A DNA stretch of 64,000 nucleotides from an uncultured Bacteroidales bacterium. GTDB lineage: Bacteria > Bacteroidota > Bacteroidia > Bacteroidales > DTU049. Below, in pieces: positions 19,817-27,839 of this stretch. Under the pieces are notes generated by a model. The model searched no databases, had not been told where the DNA came from, and saw only the letters and a program-made list of their open reading frames with translations. Where the stretch lies: contig CAZGIW010000007.1 of assembly GCA_964526285.1 (NCBI GenBank), positions 3,828-67,827 on the forward strand, written 5' to 3'. A program made the position numbers and the translations under genes. Within the stretch, counting starts at the first letter, position 1; every line of letters begins with the position of its first letter.

Positions 19817-19963
19817 GTTGCAAAGAATTAGTGATTTCAAAAATTTAAGACAGCAATTATTTTAATAAGTTGTATTTGTCGTTAATTTTTTTGCAAATAT
19901 ATAATATTAAGAACTCAGGAAATTATATTTATAAATGAATACTATTGTTTCTATTACTTAACC

Positions 19964-20875
19964 ATGGCTATTAATCCTGTTATTCTTATTTTTGCAAAAA
20001 AAAAGGTGACTTTCTCACAATATAAGAATTTTTTGTTTGAACAACTTGATGGGTTTTATACGCTCACAGAGTTGAAGATAATCTGGTCTGTACTGGTTTA
20101 TCGTTTTTGTGGATTATCTCATTTGCAGCTCATGACTATGGGAGAAAAACCAATACATGATGTTCATTTTTCCTTTTTGAATCAGGCAGTGAAACGAATG
20201 CAGCAACATGAACCTCTGGAATATGTCACCGGAGAGGCACAGTTTTTAAACCTGCGAATATGGGTAAACCCATCGGTTTTGATTCCAAGGCCAGAAACAG
20301 AAGAATTGTTCATGATAGTGAAAGAATATTTTTCAGGAAGACCTGAACCCATGCAGATAATTGATCTTGGAACAGGAAGTGGTTGTATTGCCATAGCCTT
20401 AAAATCGCTTTATACAAATTCAACTGTAGCAGCCACAGATATTGACCCATGTGCGGTTTCAACAGCACGCTTTAATGCGAATTTAAATCGTTTGGATGTG
20501 AAGCTTTTTGTACATGATATGCTCAATGATGAAGAACTACCTGTAACAGAAGATATGGATGTTATTGTGAGCAACCCACCCTATGTGCTTAAGTCCGAAC
20601 AAGCAGAAATAAAGCAGCGCGTAAAGAATTATGAACCACATCTGGCATTGTTTGCAAAAGAAGAAAATCCTTTGAAGTTTTATTCTGTGTGTAAAGATTA
20701 TGTATTTCGTTATCTGAAACCCGGAGGTTTATTTGTTTTTGAAATCAACGAAAATCTGAATAAAGAGGTGTTTGAATTGTTTCAGGATTTTAAGGATGAA
20801 TTATCTGATATTGAGATTATAAAAGACTCTTTCGGCAAACATAGATTTGTAAAAGGAGTGAAAAGAGAAACATAG
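19964..20875 (+). CDS. prmC: peptide chain release factor N5-glutamine methyltransferase
   Basis: SAM motif IIDLGTGSGCIAIAL and the catalytic NPPY (VSNPPYV). Length and order are typical of HemK/PrmC. Confidence 0.8.
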   Translation: MAINPVILIFAKKKVTFSQYKNFLFEQLDGFYTLTELKIIWSVLVYRFCGLSHLQLMTMGEKPIHDVHFSFLNQAVKRMQQHEPLEYVTGEAQFLNLRIWVNPSVLIPRPETEELFMIVKEYFSGRPEPMQIIDLGTGSGCIAIALKSLYTNSTVAATDIDPCAVSTARFNANLNRLDVKLFVHDMLNDEELPVTEDMDVIVSNPPYVLKSEQAEIKQRVKNYEPHLALFAKEENPLKFYSVCKDYVFRYLKPGGLFVFEINENLNKEVFELFQDFKDELSDIEIIKDSFGKHRFVKGVKRET

Positions 20876-21116
20876 CCTTTTGTATTGCCTGTATTTTGTG
20901 CAATCACAAAAATGTACTGAGCAATTACCTTTTTTTAGCTTATGAATCAATGCATTGATTGGAAAATGTCTGATATTAAATGTTATTTTTAAAAGACATA
21001 ATGGGTTTGATTTTGGCTTTTTTACCAAAGTTTACATTTTAATTGTTTCAGATATTAAACTTTTTATTAATATTGCAATCAAAAGAACTGTTTTTGGAAA
21101 TTAAAAAAAAACTCAT

Positions 21117-21578
21117 ATGAAAAAACACATTCAATTTATTTTAATTCTTTTATTAACAGGGGCACTTTCTCTCTCTGCCCAAAGTGGCTCAGGGTATCCT
21201 GAAATTCAACGATCAACCGATTGGGTTTTATATCAGGAAGCTGATGGAGTTCAATTGTTTTACAGGTTTGCAGAATGTAATCTTCCTTCCGAAGGATATT
21301 ATAGAGAAAAAGTTTTATTAAAATTAGTAAACATTACAAATTTAGAGAAAACAGTTGACTGGGATGTAGTTCTATGGTATGGGCCCAATTGCGTTAATTG
21401 TGACGAAGCCAACCCTGAGCAGCACAAGACAGTTGTATTAGCTCCTGGAACTACGAGAGAAGCCACATGTGAACTGGACAAAAACTTTGAATTGAAATTG
21501 TTTTCAAGATTTCTCAATTATCAGCTTGACGATTGGGTTCTAACACATTTTGAGCTTAGAAATTTTACAGTGAAATAG
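21117..21578 (+). CDS. hypothetical secreted 153-aa protein, paralog A (upstream partner of type B CTD protein)
   Basis: Signal peptide ending LSAQS. It aligns without gaps to the 23592-24053 product (roughly 55% identity by eye). No recognised domain. Confidence 0.65.
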   Translation: MKKHIQFILILLLTGALSLSAQSGSGYPEIQRSTDWVLYQEADGVQLFYRFAECNLPSEGYYREKVLLKLVNITNLEKTVDWDVVLWYGPNCVNCDEANPEQHKTVVLAPGTTREATCELDKNFELKLFSRFLNYQLDDWVLTHFELRNFTVK

Positions 21579-21601
21579 ATTATTATTAAAAAATACTGAT
21601 T

Positions 21602-23443
21602 ATGAGAAGAATAAGATATATTCTAACAATATTGTTAGTTTTTTTGGCATCATCCAGTTCTTTTGGACAATGTGAAGTGACAGCCAATATCAATCCTGCA
21701 GTGATTTGTGCTGGCGAACCCGTTACATTGACAGCAACCGGTGGATGTGGTTTTTTGATGGCCAATGATTTTAATAACGGCACTCCCGGAACAGGATGGG
21801 TTGCAACAACTGGGGTTGATTTTACCAATCCATGTGGTGCCGGTCCTGATGCCATTTATTTATGGATGGGAAATAATGTTCCAATTCCACGTACATTAAC
21901 TACTGTTCCATTTAATGTTACAGGAGCATGTGAAATTTCATTCTGGTTGCGTTTTAGCATTCAGAGTCAGGCTTCACCATGTGAAGGACCAGACCTGGTT
22001 GGAGAAGGTGTATCTCTGCAATATTCCACTGATGGTGGAGGAATTTGGTCAGATATTGCCTATTTCAGACCTGATGGAGTCATTTGTCCTTCATATCCAT
22101 GGACAACAGGGTTTACTACTGTTTCCGGAGGAACTCTTACTGCTTTTACCACATGGGCTCAGTATCAGTTTGCCGTTCCTCCTGCAGCTCAAAGTCCTAG
22201 TACAATGTTCAGATGGAGACAACACGCATATTCATCACTAAGCAATGACCATTGGGGCGTTGATGTGGTTGAAATACTTTGCCCTGCAGGCACTGCAGTG
22301 CAATGGTCTCATGGTCCCATTGATTTAAATCCACCGCAGGTTTTTCCTACTCAGGATACATGTTATGTTGTCACAGTGACAGATACAGTAACATGGTCAG
22401 GATCTGCTTCAGATACGGTTTGTGTTCAGGTAAATCCTGTTCCCAATGCCACATTCAATGTTGAATCACCAATCTGTTCAGATTTATTTACAAATATTCA
22501 GTACACCGGAAATGCCGGTTCAGGAGCTACTTATAGTTGGTTCTTCAGTGGCGGACAGGTTCTTTCAGGTACAGGTGTCGGACCCTATCAGGTTACATGG
22601 CCATTTGAAGGATGGCAGTATATCAGTCTCGAAGTTTCTGAAAATGGTTGTACGAGTCAGCCTTATTATGATAGTGTCTATGTAAACCTTGCTCCTACAG
22701 TTGTGTTCACAGCAACACCAACCAGTGGTTGTATGCCGCTTACAGTTCAGTTTAATGATTTTACAGCTCCCACCGGAAGCAACTGGTATTGGTCATTCGG
22801 AGATGGATACACGTCAACAGATCAAAATCCACAATATACTTATACAGATCCGGGCGAATATACAGTTGGTTTAATTGTTGTCACTGATGCCGGATGTGAT
22901 GATACGCTTATTCGCCCAAATTATATTGAAGTCTATGGACAACCTGTAGCAGATTTTACATGGTTTCCTGAAGTTGGCAAAGTCTATGACCCCGTGATTA
23001 CTTTCTACGCAGATAGTACATATTCAACTGATGGTTTATGGGATTTTGGAGATGGCACAACGTCAACAGATCTGCCAATTGCCGTACACACGTTTCCCGG
23101 AGTAGAAGATTTATATTGTGTGACACTTGTTTTGTACAATGAACATGATTGTGCAGATACAGTGACCAAATGTTTGCAGATTATTGATGATATTCTCATT
23201 TTTCCAAATATTATTACTCCAAACGGGGATGGATTCAATGATCAATTTGTTATTCCCAATGCTGATAAATATCCCAATAATATTTTGCAGGTATTCAATC
23301 GCTGGGGTAAGAAAGTATATGAACAACAAAATTATGATAATCAATGGGATGGAGGCGGACTCTCTGAAGGTACATATTTCTATATCTTCAGATATCTGGA
23401 TCAGGAACATCACGGTTCACTCACTATTCTGCGAGGGAATTAA
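21602..23443 (+). CDS. secreted protein with variable N-terminal domain, PKD domain and T9SS type B C-terminal domain, paralog A
   Basis: Signal peptide. PKD motif WSFGDGYTSTDQNPQYTYTDPGEY. C-terminus ITPNGDGFNDQFVI...VFNRWGKKVY...WDGGG...GTYFYIFRY. Confidence 0.85.
   Translation: MRRIRYILTILLVFLASSSSFGQCEVTANINPAVICAGEPVTLTATGGCGFLMANDFNNGTPGTGWVATTGVDFTNPCGAGPDAIYLWMGNNVPIPRTLTTVPFNVTGACEISFWLRFSIQSQASPCEGPDLVGEGVSLQYSTDGGGIWSDIAYFRPDGVICPSYPWTTGFTTVSGGTLTAFTTWAQYQFAVPPAAQSPSTMFRWRQHAYSSLSNDHWGVDVVEILCPAGTAVQWSHGPIDLNPPQVFPTQDTCYVVTVTDTVTWSGSASDTVCVQVNPVPNATFNVESPICSDLFTNIQYTGNAGSGATYSWFFSGGQVLSGTGVGPYQVTWPFEGWQYISLEVSENGCTSQPYYDSVYVNLAPTVVFTATPTSGCMPLTVQFNDFTAPTGSNWYWSFGDGYTSTDQNPQYTYTDPGEYTVGLIVVTDAGCDDTLIRPNYIEVYGQPVADFTWFPEVGKVYDPVITFYADSTYSTDGLWDFGDGTTSTDLPIAVHTFPGVEDLYCVTLVLYNEHDCADTVTKCLQIIDDILIFPNIITPNGDGFNDQFVIPNADKYPNNILQVFNRWGKKVYEQQNYDNQWDGGGLSEGTYFYIFRYLDQEHHGSLTILRGN
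22337..23443. repeat. 1107-bp block identical to 24814-25920 (3' part of duplicated gene)
   Basis: The offset is 2477 bp. The encoded C-terminal proteins are identical, every nested track ORF is duplicated with identical translation, and all lines I compared match base for base. Identity starts just after a mismatch at 22336/24813 and ends exactly at the stop codon. Confidence 0.85.
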
Positions 23444-23478
23444 AAACTACTTGTTTTTTAAAAAATATTGAAAAAAAA

Positions 23479-23502
23479 GGTTGTATTCACAACCTTTTTT
23501 TT
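23479..23502 (+). terminator. rho-independent terminator
   Basis: GGTTGT-attc-ACAACC hairpin followed by a T8 run, flanked upstream by an A8 run, 36 nt after the stop at 23443. Confidence 0.6.
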
Positions 23503-23509
23503 ATTTTTG
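23502..23509 (+). promoter_or_regulatory. -7 promoter box (TATTTTTG)
   Basis: Exact TAnnTTTG between the terminator and the second gene pair, 83 nt upstream of the ATG at 23592. Confidence 0.3.
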
Positions 23510-23591
23510 CATATTGAATACATAATTTTTTTTTTCGCAATTAAACTTTTTACTTTTTAATTATTCTTACAAAAGTTAAAAATTAAACCAT

Positions 23592-24053
23592 ATGAAAATG
23601 AACAGATTAATTTTACTGTGTTTGCTTGTGTTTTCAAGTCAAATAGTTTGGTCACAGTCAGCACAAACATATCCTGTCGTTGAGAGATCAACTGACTGGA
23701 TTTTATATCAGGAAGCTGATGGTATTCAACAGTACTACAAGTTTGAAGAATGTATTAATGAAGCAGAAGGTTATTTTCGTGAATATGTTCTCATAAAGCT
23801 TGTAAATACAACCCCAGTTGCCAAACAGGTTGATTGGGACATTGTTTTGTTTTACGGAAAAAACACAGTGAATTTCAATACAGATAATCCTGAACTACAT
23901 CGTAGTGTATTAGTGCCGGCTGCTTCCACAGTAGAAGGAAATTGTAAATTTGGAACAGACAAAACTTTAAAAATGTTTTCCAAATTTTTGAATTACGACA
24001 TGGACGACTGGGTTCTATCTCATTTCGAACTTCGCAATTTCAGTGTTAAGTAA
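23592..24053 (+). CDS. hypothetical secreted 153-aa protein, paralog B
   Basis: Signal peptide ending VWSQS. Same length as 21117-21578 and collinear with it. Confidence 0.65.
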   Translation: MKMNRLILLCLLVFSSQIVWSQSAQTYPVVERSTDWILYQEADGIQQYYKFEECINEAEGYFREYVLIKLVNTTPVAKQVDWDIVLFYGKNTVNFNTDNPELHRSVLVPAASTVEGNCKFGTDKTLKMFSKFLNYDMDDWVLSHFELRNFSVK

Positions 24054-24072
24054 TATTATATAAAAAAAATTG

Positions 24073-25920
24073 ATGACTATGAAATACATAAAATTAATAT
24101 TTTTAGGGTTTGTAGCTATTTTGTATTCAAAACAAATGAATGCCCAATGTGACGTTACAGCCAATATCAATCCTGCAGTAATTTGTGCCGGTGAAGCAGT
24201 AACATTAACAGCAACCGGTGGATGTGGTTTTTTGATGGCCAATGATTTTAATAACGGAACTCCAGGCACTGGATGGGTTGCTACAACTGGGGTTGATTTT
24301 ACCAATCCATGTGGAACTGGCCCTGATTTGATATATTTATGGATGGGAGATAATGTGCCTGTTCCACGCACCCTTACAACAGTTGATTTTAATGTGGTAG
24401 GTGCCTGCGAAATCAGTTTCTGGATGAAATATGCAATTCAATCACAATCATCCCCATGCGAAGGACCTGATGAAATGGACGAAGGCATTACTCTTCAGTA
24501 TTCAATCAATTCTGGTGCTTCATGGGTAGATATAGCTTATTTTCGTCCTGATGGTGTGATTTTGGCAAATGCAATTCCTCCCGGATCAAATAACTCCTCC
24601 ATTACAAATTACAATACCCCTTTTACAGTTTGGGCTCAGTATCAGTTTGCGGTTCCTCCTTTAGCTCAAACACCCAATACAAGATTTCGTTGGATTCAAC
24701 AGGATATCACGAGCCTTGTTTATGATCACTGGGGCGTTGATGTGGTTGAAATTCTCTGCCCGTCAGGCACTGCAGTGCAATGGTCTCATGGCCCTATAGT
24801 TTTGAACCCCCCTCAGGTTTTTCCTACTCAGGATACATGTTATGTTGTCACAGTGACAGATACAGTAACATGGTCAGGATCTGCTTCAGATACGGTTTGT
24901 GTTCAGGTAAATCCTGTTCCCAATGCCACATTCAATGTTGAATCACCAATCTGTTCAGATTTATTTACAAATATTCAGTACACCGGAAATGCCGGTTCAG
25001 GAGCTACTTATAGTTGGTTCTTCAGTGGCGGACAGGTTCTTTCAGGTACAGGTGTCGGACCCTATCAGGTTACATGGCCATTTGAAGGATGGCAGTATAT
25101 CAGTCTCGAAGTTTCTGAAAATGGTTGTACGAGTCAGCCTTATTATGATAGTGTCTATGTAAACCTTGCTCCTACAGTTGTGTTCACAGCAACACCAACC
25201 AGTGGTTGTATGCCGCTTACAGTTCAGTTTAATGATTTTACAGCTCCCACCGGAAGCAACTGGTATTGGTCATTCGGAGATGGATACACGTCAACAGATC
25301 AAAATCCACAATATACTTATACAGATCCGGGCGAATATACAGTTGGTTTAATTGTTGTCACTGATGCCGGATGTGATGATACGCTTATTCGCCCAAATTA
25401 TATTGAAGTCTATGGACAACCTGTAGCAGATTTTACATGGTTTCCTGAAGTTGGCAAAGTCTATGACCCCGTGATTACTTTCTACGCAGATAGTACATAT
25501 TCAACTGATGGTTTATGGGATTTTGGAGATGGCACAACGTCAACAGATCTGCCAATTGCCGTACACACGTTTCCCGGAGTAGAAGATTTATATTGTGTGA
25601 CACTTGTTTTGTACAATGAACATGATTGTGCAGATACAGTGACCAAATGTTTGCAGATTATTGATGATATTCTCATTTTTCCAAATATTATTACTCCAAA
25701 CGGGGATGGATTCAATGATCAATTTGTTATTCCCAATGCTGATAAATATCCCAATAATATTTTGCAGGTATTCAATCGCTGGGGTAAGAAAGTATATGAA
25801 CAACAAAATTATGATAATCAATGGGATGGAGGCGGACTCTCTGAAGGTACATATTTCTATATCTTCAGATATCTGGATCAGGAACATCACGGTTCACTCA
25901 CTATTCTGCGAGGGAATTAA
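24073..25920 (+). CDS. secreted protein with variable N-terminal domain, PKD domain and T9SS type B C-terminal domain, paralog B
   Basis: The first ATG is at 24073; the track start at 24070 is a TTG. The architecture matches 21602-23443, and the C-terminal 369 aa are identical to paralog A. Confidence 0.85.
   Translation: MTMKYIKLIFLGFVAILYSKQMNAQCDVTANINPAVICAGEAVTLTATGGCGFLMANDFNNGTPGTGWVATTGVDFTNPCGTGPDLIYLWMGDNVPVPRTLTTVDFNVVGACEISFWMKYAIQSQSSPCEGPDEMDEGITLQYSINSGASWVDIAYFRPDGVILANAIPPGSNNSSITNYNTPFTVWAQYQFAVPPLAQTPNTRFRWIQQDITSLVYDHWGVDVVEILCPSGTAVQWSHGPIVLNPPQVFPTQDTCYVVTVTDTVTWSGSASDTVCVQVNPVPNATFNVESPICSDLFTNIQYTGNAGSGATYSWFFSGGQVLSGTGVGPYQVTWPFEGWQYISLEVSENGCTSQPYYDSVYVNLAPTVVFTATPTSGCMPLTVQFNDFTAPTGSNWYWSFGDGYTSTDQNPQYTYTDPGEYTVGLIVVTDAGCDDTLIRPNYIEVYGQPVADFTWFPEVGKVYDPVITFYADSTYSTDGLWDFGDGTTSTDLPIAVHTFPGVEDLYCVTLVLYNEHDCADTVTKCLQIIDDILIFPNIITPNGDGFNDQFVIPNADKYPNNILQVFNRWGKKVYEQQNYDNQWDGGGLSEGTYFYIFRYLDQEHHGSLTILRGN
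24814..25920. repeat. second copy of the identical 1107-bp block (see 22337-23443)
   Basis: Same evidence as the 22337-23443 entry. Confidence 0.85.
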
Positions 25921-25947
25921 TTAAAGATAAAAAAAGTTCATTAAAAA

Positions 25948-25969
25948 GGCTGCATATGCAGCCTTTTTT
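25948..25969 (+). terminator. rho-independent terminator
   Basis: Perfect palindrome GGCTGCATATGCAGCC followed by T6, preceded by an A-run, 28 nt after the stop at 25920. Confidence 0.6.
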
Positions 25970-25985
25970 GTTATTTTGCACAATT

Positions 25986-26573
25986 ATGAAACATAAACTG
26001 AAAGAAGATTTCTATCTGAACACTGATGTGTGTTTCATTGCAAAAGCATTGCTTGGCAAAGAACTGGTAGTAAATTCATCCTCAGTGAATTCAGGAATTA
26101 TTACGGAAACTGAAGCCTATGCAGGAATTACTGACAAAGCAAGTCATGCATGGAACAACAGAAGAACAAAAAGGACAGAAACAATGTATCTGAAAGGGGG
26201 TGTAGCATATGTGTATTTGTGTTATGGCATACATTATTTGTTTAATGTGGTCACAAATTATGAACATGTTCCAGATGCTGTCTTGATACGTTCTGTTTTT
26301 CCCAAAGAAGGCATACCATCAAAAGGGATGAAAAAAGATATAATTTCCGGCACAGGCCCGGGAAGAGTGAGCAAAATTCTTGGAATTGATATGTCGTTCA
26401 ACAAGGCAAAACTCACATCTGATGTGATTTTTATTCTTGATAACGGGATAAATATTCCTGATAATCAAATTGTTGCAGACCGCAGAATTGGTGTTGACTA
26501 TGCCGGAGAAGATGCTCTGCTACCATATCGTTATTACATTAACAGAGATTTTTTAACAAATACAATATTATAA
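25986..26573 (+). CDS. DNA-3-methyladenine glycosylase (AAG/MPG family)
   Basis: Motifs LLGKELV, ITETEAY and GVAYVYLCYGIHYLFNVV are typical of the MPG family. The track start at 25956 lies inside the terminator hairpin, so I prefer the ATG at 25986. Confidence 0.8.
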   Translation: MKHKLKEDFYLNTDVCFIAKALLGKELVVNSSSVNSGIITETEAYAGITDKASHAWNNRRTKRTETMYLKGGVAYVYLCYGIHYLFNVVTNYEHVPDAVLIRSVFPKEGIPSKGMKKDIISGTGPGRVSKILGIDMSFNKAKLTSDVIFILDNGINIPDNQIVADRRIGVDYAGEDALLPYRYYINRDFLTNTIL

Positions 26574-27766
26574 TGAACAGAGCACAGATTATTTTAAAAA
26601 AAGGAAAATATGATTCATTGCAAAGAAAACATCCCTGGGTATTTTCAGGAGCAGTGAAAGAAATACTTGGTAATCCCTCAGATGGTGATTTGGTGGATAT
26701 TTTCGGAGCAAAAGGAGAGTATTTTGGTTTTGGGCATTTTCAAAAAGGTTCAATTTGTGTTCGTATACTAAGTTTCGGGAAAGGAGATGCAGATGTTGAT
26801 TTTTTTATAGGCAGAATTAAGCAGGCATTATCTTTCAGATTGAAAATGGGTTATGGTTTTTCAGAAAGTGGAAAAGGAAACGCCTGGAGGCTTATCTTTG
26901 GAGAAGCAGATCAATTGTCAGGATTGATTGTTGACTTTTATAATGGGGTTGCTGTTATTCAGCCTCACAGTTCAGGGTTTCAAATGAATACTCCAGTTAT
27001 TACCGAAGCACTGAAACATGTTTTAGGTAGTCACTTACAAGCAGTGTTTTGTAAATTCAAAGATACATTACAGTCAGATGATAATATCAGTGATTTATCC
27101 GGATTGTTGTATGGGGAATTGCCGGAAAAACTTGTTATAAGTGAATACGGAAATCAGTTTTATGTAGATGTTGCCGCTGGACAAAAAACAGGTTTTTTTC
27201 TTGACCAAAGGGAAAACAGAAAAATTGTATCAGAGTATTCTAATGAAAAAAAAGTGCTGAATATGTTTTGTTATTCGGGTGGTTTTTCTGTTTCTGCCCT
27301 GAAAGGCGGCGCTGCTTTTGTTCATTCTGTTGATTCCTCTGCTTCAGCTGTTGAGATGGCAAAATCAAATCTGACACTCAACGGATATGATACAGATGTG
27401 AATACATGTATTGTGTCAGATGCGTTTGAATATCTTGAAAAAATACATAATCAATATGATGTGATTATTCTTGATCCACCTGCTTATGCCAAGCACAGCG
27501 ATGCCAGACACAGGGCAGTGAAAGGGTATCAGCGTTTGAATACACTGGCCATAAAACAAGTTCGTCAGGGTGGTGTAATCTTTACCTACAGTTGTTCTCA
27601 GGTTGTGGACAAACGCTTGTTTGAGAGTACTGTCATGTCTTCGGCAATTATTGCCGGCAGGCATGTTAGGATTGTTCAGGAACTGACACATGCTCCTTGC
27701 CATGCACATGCTATTACACATCCTGAAGGGAAATATCTAAAAGGTTTGATGTTGTATGTTGAATAG
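26573..27766 (+). CDS. class I SAM-dependent rRNA (m5C) methyltransferase, RlmI/RlmK-like with N-terminal PUA-like domain
   Basis: The N-terminus KHPWVFSGAV (PUA-like), QKTGFFLDQREN, and the SAM fold VLNMFCYSGGFSV / IILDPPAY are typical of RlmI-type enzymes. Its start overlaps the upstream stop (TAATG). Confidence 0.75.
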   Translation: MNRAQIILKKGKYDSLQRKHPWVFSGAVKEILGNPSDGDLVDIFGAKGEYFGFGHFQKGSICVRILSFGKGDADVDFFIGRIKQALSFRLKMGYGFSESGKGNAWRLIFGEADQLSGLIVDFYNGVAVIQPHSSGFQMNTPVITEALKHVLGSHLQAVFCKFKDTLQSDDNISDLSGLLYGELPEKLVISEYGNQFYVDVAAGQKTGFFLDQRENRKIVSEYSNEKKVLNMFCYSGGFSVSALKGGAAFVHSVDSSASAVEMAKSNLTLNGYDTDVNTCIVSDAFEYLEKIHNQYDVIILDPPAYAKHSDARHRAVKGYQRLNTLAIKQVRQGGVIFTYSCSQVVDKRLFESTVMSSAIIAGRHVRIVQELTHAPCHAHAITHPEGKYLKGLMLYVE

Positions 27767-27805
27767 TATTCCATTCTTTTTTTTCTGATAAAATGAAAAA
27801 ATTTA

Positions 27806-27813
27806 TACTTTTG
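27806..27813 (+). promoter_or_regulatory. -7 promoter box (TACTTTTG)
   Basis: Exact TAnnTTTG 27 nt upstream of the ATG at 27840. Confidence 0.4.
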
Positions 27814-27839
27814 AAGTTGTAACACACGTTTTTGTATCT

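Noticed and set aside
21602-25920. Diversity-generating retroelement (template/variable repeat) explanation for the variable heads on identical tails.
   Set aside because: There is no reverse transcriptase or accessory gene nearby. Differences between copies involve all four bases and indels rather than adenine-specific substitutions. The variable part is the N-terminal half rather than a short C-terminal VR.
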